Assembly: GCF_963921235.1 (NCBI RefSeq)
Contig: NC_086100.1
Span: forward strand, 60,574,001 to 60,638,000
Direction of reading: 5' to 3'
DNA: 64,000 nucleotides
Source of the DNA: Mobula hypostoma
Lineage: Eukaryota
The translations under genes and the position numbers were made by a program. Positions 30,501-42,500 of this stretch are shown here, piece by piece. Each line of letters starts with the position of its first letter. Position 1 is the stretch's first letter. The notes beneath the pieces were generated by a model. That model saw nothing but the letters and a program-made list of their open reading frames with translations, had not been told where the DNA came from and did no database searches.

Positions 30501-33500
30501 TCTTATAGAGTGGAGTGAAATTTGCAATTTTCCAATCCTCCAGAACAATTCCAGAATCTAGCTATTCTTGAAAGATCACTACTAATGCCTCCACAATCTC
30601 TTTCAGCCGCCTCTTTCAGAAACCTGGGGTGTTTACCTGGTCCAGTTAACTTATCTACCTTCAGACCTTTCTTCTTCCTAAGTGCCGTCTCCTTAGTAGT
30701 AACAACTATACTCATTTCTATCTCCTGACACACTCGACTTTCTGGCATGCTCCTGGCATCTTCCATCGTGAAGACTGATGCAAAATACGTAATTATTCAG
30801 TTTGCCTGCTGTTTTTTTTAAATCTCCATTTCTACTTCTCGAGCATCCAGCTGTCCAATGACTACTTTTGCCTCTGTTTTACTCTTTATACATCTAAAAA
30901 ACTTTTGGTAACCTCTTTTATATTATTGGCTGGCTCACCTTCATAGTTCATCTTTTTTATCCATATTGCTTTTTGAGTCGTCTATGGCTGGTTTTAAAAA
31001 GTTTCCCCATTCTCTAATTTCCCACTGATTCTTACTATTTTATATGCCGTTTCTTCTGCTTTTATGCTGTCTCTGACTTCCTGTATCAGCCACAGTTGCC
31101 TCATTCTCCCTTTAAAACACTTCTTCTTCATTGGAATGAATGAATCCTGCAACCTCCGAATTACTCCCAGAAACTTCAGCCACTGCTGCTCTACCATCAT
31201 CCCTACTAGTGTCCCCTTCCAATCAACTTTGGTTGGCTCCTCTCTCATACCTCTGTTATTTCTCTTACACCAATGTAATACCAATACATCTGACCTTAGC
31301 TTCTCCCTCTCAAACTGCAGAGTGAGTGACTACTGCCTCCTAAGGGTTCCTGTACCTTAAACTCCATAATCAAATCTGGTTCATTACACACTTAATTCGG
31401 AATTGTCTTCTCCCTGTTGGGCTCGACTACAAACTGCTATAAAAAGTCATCTGCTAGGCATTTTACAAATTCCTTCTCTTGAGATCCAACACCAGCCCGA
31501 TTTTCCAATCATGGTGTCGAGGTCTTCACCAATGACGATGGACGAACACAGATTTTTCAATCTACCTGCAAACTGAAATCCCCCAGGACCATTGTAACAT
31601 TGCCCTTTTTACATGCCTTTTCTATCTCTCATTGTAATTTGTATCTCATATCCTGGCTACTATTCAGATGCTTGCTTATAACTCCCATCAGGCACTTTTT
31701 ACCTTTGCAGTTTCTTAACTCTACTGATAAGGCATCTATATTTTCTTTTTTAACCAACAAAGCCACGCCACACCCTCTGCTCACCTGTCTACCCTTTCGA
31801 TATGAATATCCTTGGATGTTAAGCTCCCAGCTGTATCTTCTTTCACCCACAACTCTGTGATGTCTGCAAGGTCATACTTGTCAATTTCTAACTGCGTTAC
31901 AATATAATGCACCTTATTTCATCCATGTTATTTCATTAGCTTTGTTGCAGTAAATAATTCTATGCATTTAACTGCTATTTGTTCCACACACATATCTACA
32001 CCTTTCAAAATGATGAAATGCTGTTACTCACATCAAAATGTTAAGGTACACTATTTTTGTACATTAAAAACAATTTATTCACCTTCTGGCGAACTTGCAC
32101 TACTGCTTTCCAGTAGTCTTTAGCTTCAACACGGTGGCAATCATCACACATCTGTGGTAGAATGACAAAATCTACCACAAATACTTGCTGCAATATTGTT
32201 CCACTCATTACCTGCACACAAAACTTGCTATTAGAAAATGTAAAATAGATTGAATATTATATACTACAACTTAATAGCATAAATAATTTCAGTTGTACAT
32301 AAGGTCAGAAAATGTTCCTCATGTCAAAGGTTGAAGACATCCAGGTAACAAAGCCAGCCAGCCAAGTCAGTAACCTTACCAGCTGTGGATTGTGCAAAGT
32401 AATTTTTAAAAAATCTGAAGTCATCATAAGGCATGCAAAACTGAGAATGTTATCCACAAGTAGCTCATCTAATAAACCAGCGCTTCCCAGGCAACTTTCT
32501 TATTCTGGCTAAGTGCAACTGCACTTTGACATAGTTATAACTGGCCCAGTATAAATTAAGAATACAGGTTTCCCCTGCCATCTGAAGGTAGAGTGTTCCT
32601 ATGAAACGGTTCGTAAGCCGGAATGTCGTAAAGCGAAGAAGCAATTACTATTTATTTATATGGGAAAAATTTGTGAGCATTCGCAGACCCAAAAATAACC
32701 TACCAAATCATGCCAAATAACACATAAAACCTAAAATAACAGTAACATATAGTAAAAGCAGGAATGATATGATTAATACACAGCCTATATAAAGTAGAAA
32801 TACTTTTCCACAATCATTGCCTGCACTGTTCTCTGTAGCGAAAATCTCAGCAAGCACTCTCGGCAGAAACACTCTCTCCAGTAACCTTTAAGCTATGAAG
32901 CTGCCAAATCATACCAAATAACACATAAAAGTACACAGCCGATATAAAGTAGAAATAATGTATGTACAGTGTGTTAGGCTGAGTTGTCGGAGGTTGGGGT
33001 GGGCAGCGAACCGATACCGATCCGCGAAGCATGCAGCGGTCCAGCGGTAACCGGGAGGCACACAGCACATCGTTAAGAAAAAAGCCGAAATAAACAAGCT
33101 AATTAATTAGGTGCCGCCCGGCACGTAATTGTCGGCCCAGATCAGAGGCAATTGCCGATTGCGTCGCCTCTGATCTGGGCCAACATTTACATGCCAGGCG
33201 GCACCTAATTAATTAGCTTGTTTATTACGGCTTTTTTTCTTAAAGATGTGCTGGTTGCCTCCCGGCTACCGCTGCATTCTCCGCGAATCGGTATCTGTCC
33301 GCGGCCCGGGGGTTGGGGTGGTGGGACACTGGGGTGTCATCTCATCATCGTCTGTTTCCATCAGGGCAGGCAGGTCATCTTCTTCTATGACTGCCCGCCT
33401 CGATGTCGAAGGTCGAGGTTCGTCGTCTGCTGTGGCTGATGTGGAAGGCTTAAAAAACGACAGTATGCTTGACTGCTGAGCCTCGCGCATTTTTCTATTA

Positions 33501-36500
33501 TACAATTCTTTGTAAGCACTCAAACCATCTTGCAAATATGCCCTAAACCGACATACCCTTTCAAAATTAAAGTCGTACTTTATCATTGCAGCGAAAATCT
33601 CGCAGTTGCTTCACGTTCAGTTCCTGGACAACTTCACTTTCAGTCCGTTCGCTACTGCATTCAGTTTCGATTGTTATCCTTTCCTCTTCCAATTGCATCT
33701 GCTCTTCGTCTATCAGTTCTTGGTCATGGGATACCAAAACCTCTTCAACATCATCTTCGTCAACTTCCACAAGCCAAACTCACTTTGTCCTTACTTCGTT
33801 CACCACGATCAAAACCCTTAATTATGTCCAGTTTTTACACTAAGTGTAACACCCTTACGAGCTCTTTTAGGCTTCTCTGATACCCTAGAACTCATCTTGC
33901 TAACGGCTGCTCACAGGCACGTGTTCAAGCAATGCCGGCGAGAATGCCGTTCCAAATCCGGGGGAGAGCTGCTGCCTTCTTCCGCGCGCTGCCTTTTCTC
34001 ATAACAGTGAAAACACATTCTGTTAGTGAAAACAGGTAACTAATGTAGGTCTTTCGTAACAGTGAGGTTTCATAAAGCGAACATTCGAAAAGTGGGGGAC
34101 ACCTGTATCCAATTTAAGTGGAGATTCATTGCTCAAACTCTTAAGAAAGCAGTGTAGGACTCATGATCAAATGTCATTTTGATGATAAGTAACAGTACAC
34201 ATCTTTAAATGTCAATTTTTAAATACATTTGAAATTTCCATTCACGATTCTTCATGATATTCAAAATAAGGTGACAATGTCAAGTCATGACATAATGCTT
34301 TGAGTGAGTTTGCTGTTAAGGATTAAGCTTCGTCTTACCTCCTTTTGAATGGTAAGCTTGACTTTTAACCTCTTTGAATGAGGCTCTGTCCAAATGAAGC
34401 CTGCATCTATAAGTCGCACCTGCGTAAGAGAAACCACATGCTGATGCTGATAACTAATGTATCTTAATGATTAGTTTTCCACATTAGATTTTCTATAGAG
34501 AAATGTGTCCAAATTTACACCAGAATAAGGATAGCATAAAGGTTCTAAAATGAAGTCTCCAGTGCTCATTCAGTTATTTAAACCTTCTTTACAAACTGTT
34601 ATTCCCTCTGCCAATTTTCTCTCTCTCCTTCCCAAAGTCAATTTGGCAATATCCAATGAAAATCCTTCCAAAATTTATCCCATCCTTCAAAATTTCATCT
34701 AAGTAATAATATTTACACAGGTATTTATAGCAACCAGTATGAGAATCATAACTAAGCATCATAAACTATACATTTGCCACAGAGAGACCACAAACAAAAA
34801 TTTCACTTGACAACTATTATTTTAACTATTTCTTTGTTAAGGGTGATTTTGTCTAAGACTCCAGAATAGAGAAGACACACTGCTTAACTATTAACCAAGG
34901 ACATTAGTTAAAAGAAAAATTACCAAGCACAAAATAATATTAGGTGATTGGATGGATGTAAACAGTAGCATATGCTAGATGACATTTCCAAAACTGGTAT
35001 TTCACAAGTTTGTACTTCATATTCCAAATGAGCAATAGGTGCTGGAATGAGAATTTCTCCTCTACTAGTAGTCCCCAGCATCTTTTACATAAAATATCTC
35101 TTACAAGTTTATTTGGTACGATCAAATCTGCCAGCTAACTGTTCCGTGTGGTAAAACTATAGCAACACACACAAGTGATGGAGGAACTCAGCAAGTCAGG
35201 GAGCATCTCCAGGAATGAATAAACAGTCGAAGTTTTGGGCCAAGAACCTTCTTCAGGACTGAAAAGGAAGGGGGAAGACACCAGGTTAACAAGGTGGGGA
35301 GTGGGAGGAAGGAGGCTATCTGTAAGGTGATAGGTGAAGCCAGTTAGGTGGGAAAGGAATCTGATAGGATGGGAGAGTGGACTACAGGAGAAAGGGAAAG
35401 GGGTGGGGACCTTGGGGATAGGTGAGAAAGGGTAAAAGGTCAGAGTGGGAAATTGAGGGGGGGGGAGGAGAGAGTATTTTTTTGACCGGAAGGAGAAATC
35501 AATATTCATGCCATGCAGACGGAATACAACTTGTTGCTCCTCAACCCGAGGGTGGCCTCATCTTGGCACAAGAGCTTCGTAGATTCACTGTATATAAATT
35601 GATATCAGATAACTTGCAGCTACTTTTAAATATTTAGTGGCTAATTCAACAAACAGAAGGATTAATTTCTTCATTAAAATAAACACTGACATTTTCTTGT
35701 TAAATTTTACATAATATACTATCAGTAATAGCTTGTGATCTATAACCAGGTCTTTGAAACTAAAAGTTATAACACAACCTTAAGCTATGAAGTATAAATA
35801 TTCTTTGTCTGCAATTAAATAAAAATTCTGAAAAACAAAACTCAAAATAAACAATCTTTTTTTCCATATGACCCAATCTACTAACCTTGCTCAAAGGGGC
35901 CTTCATTTTTTTAAGGCACAAAGTTAAAAGTTCTCTTGATTCCAGTGCACATTGTATCCAGGTTCCAGGAGGTTGAAGATATCTGTTGAGGAAAATCAAA
36001 AGCCAGCATCAAAGTTAATTCCACTTTTTGTTCACTTTTTTGTGCGGGAGGAGGGATTTGGGGGTCGATGTGCCTGATCCCTTCTTTTCAGGGTTTTTTG
36101 AGCAGGAAGAGGGATTTGGGGGTTGATTTGCCTGATTCATTTTGTTCGTTTTTCTTCTGCAGGAGGAGGGATTTTAGGGTCTATGTAGCAGATCCATTTT
36201 GCTCATTTTTTTGTGCGTTTTTGTGCAGTAGCGGGGATTTGGGAGTTGATGTGTCTGATCCTCTTTTTGCAGGGAAGTGGGATTTGGAGGTTGATGATCA
36301 CGCTGCCTTTTCTTTTCTTTCTTGATTTCATGACTACTCAGAGAAATGAAAGATTTCAGAGTTGCGTATTTTGAATAAATCTGAGCAAGTTTGATGAATT
36401 AGGTGGCATTAGCTAATTCAGTTATACAAGTGATCACCATATATCTTCAAGCTTTCATTCTGTAACCCAAAAGCAGTATTTTTCTATAAGGTGTCATGTC

Positions 36501-39500
36501 TCCGACATCGTCAAGCTATATTTGCACATTCAGCGTGGTGAAACTATATAGTTGATTTTAAAGGACTGATTTACTGTAGTCCAAAAGTTAAAACCAAATC
36601 TTAGCAAATATTTTTTACCAATACACTTCCAGCATAATTGTTTTGCAAATTATTAAAGTACATAACAGAGAGAGAATGGTATTTTCATCAATGACATTTT
36701 CACTGTTATGACTTCTAACTTGTTTCTGTAGACTAAATATAGAAAAGGTGCCGTTATAATATGAACAGTTTGGAAAAATCCACAATCCCCTCAAAGCCCA
36801 ATATCTTTGACAGAAATCCTAAATAAAAATGATATCAGAATCAGAATCAGGTGCATGTGATGTGAAATTTGTTAACTTAGCAGCAGCAGTTCAATGCAAT
36901 ACATAATCTAGCAGAGAGAAAAAATAATAATAAAACAAAACATAATAAATAAACAAGTAAATCAATTACGTACATTGAATAGATCATTTAAAAAAATGTG
37001 CAAAAACAGAAATATTGTATACTAAAAAAGTGACATAGTGTCCAAAGCTTCAAAGTCTATTTAGGAATCGGATGGCAGAGGGGAAGAAGCTGTTCCTGAA
37101 TCACTGAGTATGTGCCCTCAGGCTTATGTATCTCTTACCTGATGGTAACATGCCCTGGGTGCTGGAGGTCTTTAATAATGGATGCTGCCTTTCTGAGATG
37201 TCCCTAAAGATGTCCTGGTTACTTTGTAGGCTACTGACCAAGATGGAGCTGACTAGATTTACAATCTTCTGCAGCTTCTTTCGGTCCTGTGCAGTAGCCC
37301 CTCCATACCAGACAGTGATGCAGCCTGTCAGAATGCTCTCCACAGTACAACTATAGAAGTTTTTGACTGTATTTGTTGACATGCCAAATCTCTTCAAACT
37401 CCTAATAAAGTATAGCCTCTGCCTTGTCTTCTTTATGACTACATCAATATGTTGGGACCAGGTTAGATCCTCAGAGATCTTGACACCCAGGAACTTGAAG
37501 CTGCTCACTCTCTCCACTTCTGATCCCTCTGTGAGGATTGGTATGTGTTCCTTCGTCTTACCCTTCCTGAAGTCCACAGTCAGCTCTTTCAACTTACTGC
37601 CGTTGAGTGCCAGGTTGTTGCTGCAACACCACTCCGCTAGTTGGCATATCTCACTCCTGTACGCCCTCTCGTCTCCATCGGAGATTCTACCAACAATGGT
37701 TGTATCATCAGCAAATTTATAGATGGTGTTTGAGCTATGCATAGCCACACAGTCATGTGTATACAGAAAGTAGAGCAGTGGGCTAAGCACACATCCCTGA
37801 GATGCACCAGTGTTGATCATCAGCAAAGAGGACATGTTATCACTAATCCGCACAGACTGTGGTCTTCCGGTTAGGAAGTCGAGGATCCAATTACAGAGGG
37901 AGGTACAGAGGCCCAGGTTCTGCAACTTCTCAATTAAGATTGTGGGAATGATGGTATTAAATGCTGAGCTATAGTTGATGAACAGCATCCTGATGCAGGT
38001 GTTTGTGTTACCTAGGTGGCCTAAAGCCGTGTGAAGAGCCATGGAGATTGCATCTGCCATTGACCTATTGTGATGTTATTAAGTTATCTTGACATCAACT
38101 TAATAATTCTTTAGAAGTAAACAAATTCACTGAAAATGCCGTGTATTATATGCACCCAAAAATTCAATTTTTTTACCCACAAATGTAGTTAGAACATTTA
38201 CCCACATACAAAAAAGTGACAATTCAGTAATATTTCATCTGTCAATAATACCTCTGAGTAGCTTGAAATCAAGTAATTATTTGTACTTGACTATAAGGAA
38301 GATGGTGCAGATGTACATTGGTGACTCACTGCAGACTGTAGGAATTTGTACCTGTTTTCCTTTTAAAAATATTCCTTTTGAACTACTTTCATTGCAATCT
38401 GCAACATGTAAATTTCCTCTTTAACAACAGGATACAAAGTTACATCAATGATCTTCAGATCTCAAGTTCAACAGTTCAATGCAGAGCAGTTAATCGCGAC
38501 ACCTTTCAGGGTCAATATCATGGCTGAAAATGCGGCAGGAAACGCAGAATGAGGCCTCCTCTTCCAAGCATCTTGTTGGCGAATGTATAGTCATTTGAAA
38601 ATAAAATTGACGACCTCAGGGCAAAGCTGCTGTATCAGAGGCAGATAAAGCAGATCTCAATTGTTTGTTGCATTGAGACTTGGTCACGCCAGACCCAGCT
38701 ATCCGATCACGTTTTACTATTTTCAGAATGGATCAAAGCTCAAATTCTGGTAAGGAAAAAGGTAGCAGCATATGCTTTTTAGTCAATTCTCGCTGGTGCA
38801 TGGATGTTGAGGTTATGTCAACTTCCTGTCCCCCTGACTTGGAAAAATTAACGATTAAATGTAGGCTATTCTACTTGCCTCGAGAGCTCTCATCGGTGAT
38901 CCTAACCACAGTTTGTATACCCATAAGCAAGCGCTCGCAAAACTGCACGATGCTGTCTGTAAACAAGAAATGGCCTTTCCTGCCGCATTTCAAGTTATAG
39001 GTGGTGACCTTAACTCTGCATGTTTGAAGAAGACCCTGCCCAATTATCACCAGCACGTAACCTGTTGCACCAGAGGTCCCAACACTCTAGACCACTGCTA
39101 CACTACGATAAGGAATGCCTATCGTTCCTTCCCAAGTCCGCATTTTGGCAAGTCAGATCATTTGGCTGCACTCCTGCCACCTGCATAGAGACACAGCCTA
39201 AAGAGCAAGGCTCCAGAGATCAAGACAACCGAGTGGTGGCCACGAGAGGCTGAGGAACAATTATAGAATTGCCTTAAGTCAGTGGACTAGATCGTGCTCA
39301 GGAATTCATCTGAGGACCTGAATGACTACACCAGGGTCATTACAGACTTTATTAAAACAGCCGAGGATGAGTGTGTCCCCACAAGATCATTCCGGGTTTT
39401 CCCCAATCAGAAGCTCTAGATGAAGAATGAAATGCAGAACCTGCTGAGAACCAGATCAGAAGCGTTCAAGTCTGGAGATCAAGCATGCTACAATACATGC

Positions 39501-42500
39501 AGGCATATCTCAGGAAGTCCATCTCTCAGGCAAAGTGGAGTTTCTGGACTAGACTGGAATCAATGAGGGATGCTCAACAGCTGTGGCAGGGTTTGGATGC
39601 CATAACCTCCTACAAAGTTAAATCTTGCGACATAGGGGACAGCAGAGCTTCACTTCCAGCTGAGCTCAGTGCCTTCTATGCTCACTTCGATCACCAGAAC
39701 AGGGAAGAGCCATTGCACACCCCAATGTCTCCCGATGATCCTTTAATCTCAGTATCTGAAGATGACTTGCAGGCTGCCTTCAAGAGACTGAATCCAAGGA
39801 AAGCATACAGTCCAGGTGGAGGATCAGGCCAAGTACTGAAGATCTGTGCTGACCAACTGGCTAGTGTATTCAACATCTTCAAACTCTCACTCCGGCAGTG
39901 TTAGGTGCCCACCTGCTTCAAGCAGGCTTCAAACGTACCAGTGCCCAAGAAGAATGCGGTAACCTGTCTAAAGGACTACAGCCCACTGGCACTTACATCC
40001 ACAGTGACGAAGTGCTTTCAGAGGCTGCTGTGGAAGCATATCAGCTTGTCTGAATGATGACTTAGATCCACTCAAATTCACCTACTAAAGCAACACGTCT
40101 ACAGAGGATGCCCTCTCACTAGCGCTTCACACAACCATGAAACATTTGGACAGCAAAGATGCATACATCAGGTTGCTCTTTATCAATTACAGCTCAGTAT
40201 TTAACACCATCATCCCCTATAAACTAATCAGGAAGCTCCAAAACCTGGGTCACCACACCCAAGTACTGCAGTTGGATCCTGGATTTCCTCATTTGTAGAG
40301 CCCAGTCAGTTCAGATAGGCAAAAACATATCCTCCACAATCTCTATCAGCACAGCAGCACCACAGGGATATGTACTTATATGTGCCCCCTGCTCTACCTG
40401 CTTTACACCTATGACTGTGTGGCTAAGTACAACTTCAACACCATATTCAAGTTTGCTGATGACACCACTGTTGTGGGCTATATCAAAGGGGGTGATGAAT
40501 CAACATACAGGAGGGAGAATGAAGACTTGGCTGAGTGGTGTAATAACAACAACCTCTCACTCAATGTCAATAAGACCAAGGAACTGATTGTAGACTTCAG
40601 GAGATGGAAGCCAGAGGTTCATGAGCCAGTAATCATCAGAGATCGGAGGTGGAGAGGGTCAGTAACTTTAAATTCCTCAGCATCACTATCTCAGAGGCAA
40701 ATTAGGGTGGATAATTCCCCAGGGCTTGACAAGATGTTTCCTCAGTCCCTGCGAGAGGCAAGTGCAGAAATTGCCAGGGCCCTAGCAGAGATAATCAAAT
40801 CATCCCTAGCGACAGGTGAGGTACCAGAGGATTGGAGGAGGGCCAATGTTGTTCCGCTATTTAAGAAAGGCTCCAAATATAAACCAGGAAATTATAGGCT
40901 GGTGAGATGACAGTAGTGGAAAAGTCATTGTAAGCTACTCTAAGAGACAGTATATACGAGTATTTGGATGGACATGGACTGATTAAGGATAGTCATGGCT
41001 TCATGCACGGCAGGTCATGCCTAACCTTATAGTTTTTCGAAGAAAGTCGATGAAGACAAAGCAGTGGATATTGTCTATATGGACTTTACAGGCCCTGCAT
41101 GGGAGGTTGCTAAAGAAGGTTCAGTCACTCAGCATTCAAAATGAGGTAGTAAATTGGATTAAACATTGGTGTTGTGAGAGAAGCCAGAAAGTGATAGTAG
41201 GTGGTTGCCTCTCTGACTGGAGGGCTGTGACTATGAAGTGCTGCAGGGATCAGTGCTGAGTACTTTGTTGTTTGTCATCTATATCAACGATCTTGATGAT
41301 AATGTGGTTTACTAGATTAGCAAATTTGCGGATGACGCCAAGATTGGAGGTGGTGAACAGGAGGAATGGCTTGCAGCAGGATCTGGACCAACTGGAAAAC
41401 TGGCAGATGGAATTTAATGCAGACAAATTTGAGGTGTTGCACTTCAGTAGAACCAACCAGGGTAGGTCTTACACAGTGAACAGTAAGGCACCGAGGAGTG
41501 CAACAGTACAAAGGGACCTGGGAATTCATTGCGCAGCATTGCAAGTAGGTAGGGTCATAAAGAAAGCTCTTGGCACATTGGGCTTCATTAATCAAAATAC
41601 TGAGTACAATAAATGGGATGTTATGTTGAAGTTGTACAAGACATTGGTGAGACTTAATTTGGAGTTTTGTGTGCAGTTTTGGTCACCTACTTACAAGAAA
41701 GATGTAAATAAGATTGAAAGAGTACAGAGAAAATTTACAAGGATGTTGCTGGGTCTGGAGAACCTAAGTTATATGGAAATTATGAGGGGTATAGATAGGG
41801 TAAATGCAAGCAGGCTTTTTCTACTGAGGCTGGGTGGCACTACAACTAGAAGTGATGAGTTAAGGGTGAAAGGTGAAAAGTTTAAGGGGAACATGAGGGG
41901 AAGCTTCTTCACTCAGAGAGACGTAAGAGCATGGAACAGGCTGTCAGCACAAGTGGTACATGCGAGCTCAATTTCAACATTTAAGAGAAATTTGGATAGG
42001 TACATAGATGTTAGGGTTACGGATGGCTATGGTCCCAGTCAATAGCAGTAGGCAGTTTGAATAGTTCAGCATGGACTAGATGGGCCAAGGAGCCTGTTTG
42101 TGTGCTGTACTCTTCTATGACATTATGACTCTATCTGTACAGCACTTTCCCTGTACTGAAAAAAGTATATTCTACATTGTCTTATTTTCTTGTTCTTGTA
42201 CTACCTCAATGTATTTATACATGGAATAATCCAAATAGATGTCACGCAAACATAAAAGTTTTCACTGTATCTCGGTGCATATGACAATAATAAATAAATA
42301 ACTCCCAGATTAATCTTCTCAAAACTGCAACATTTTAAAAGCAAAAATAAGCAGACTATAAATAGACCATTTTCATAACTCTACAATCAAATGATATTGC
42401 TATATTTTTAAACTCTGAACTTCAAGTGGTTTGAATGATCGTTTAAAAATAATCGGGTTGGAATGTTCTTGACATCAGTATCTGACTATCAACTCTCCAA

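Larger units (their letters stand above)
28930..31900 (-). mobile_element. Degenerate CR1 ORF2 (APE to 3' end) with nested insertions
   Basis: [12 protein letters not shown] (APE), [22 protein letters not shown]. Confidence 0.9.

Noticed and set aside
36025-36305. CRISPR-like repeat-spacer appearance
   Set aside because: Eukaryotic intron, degenerate repeats, low-complexity T-rich spacers, no cas genes.
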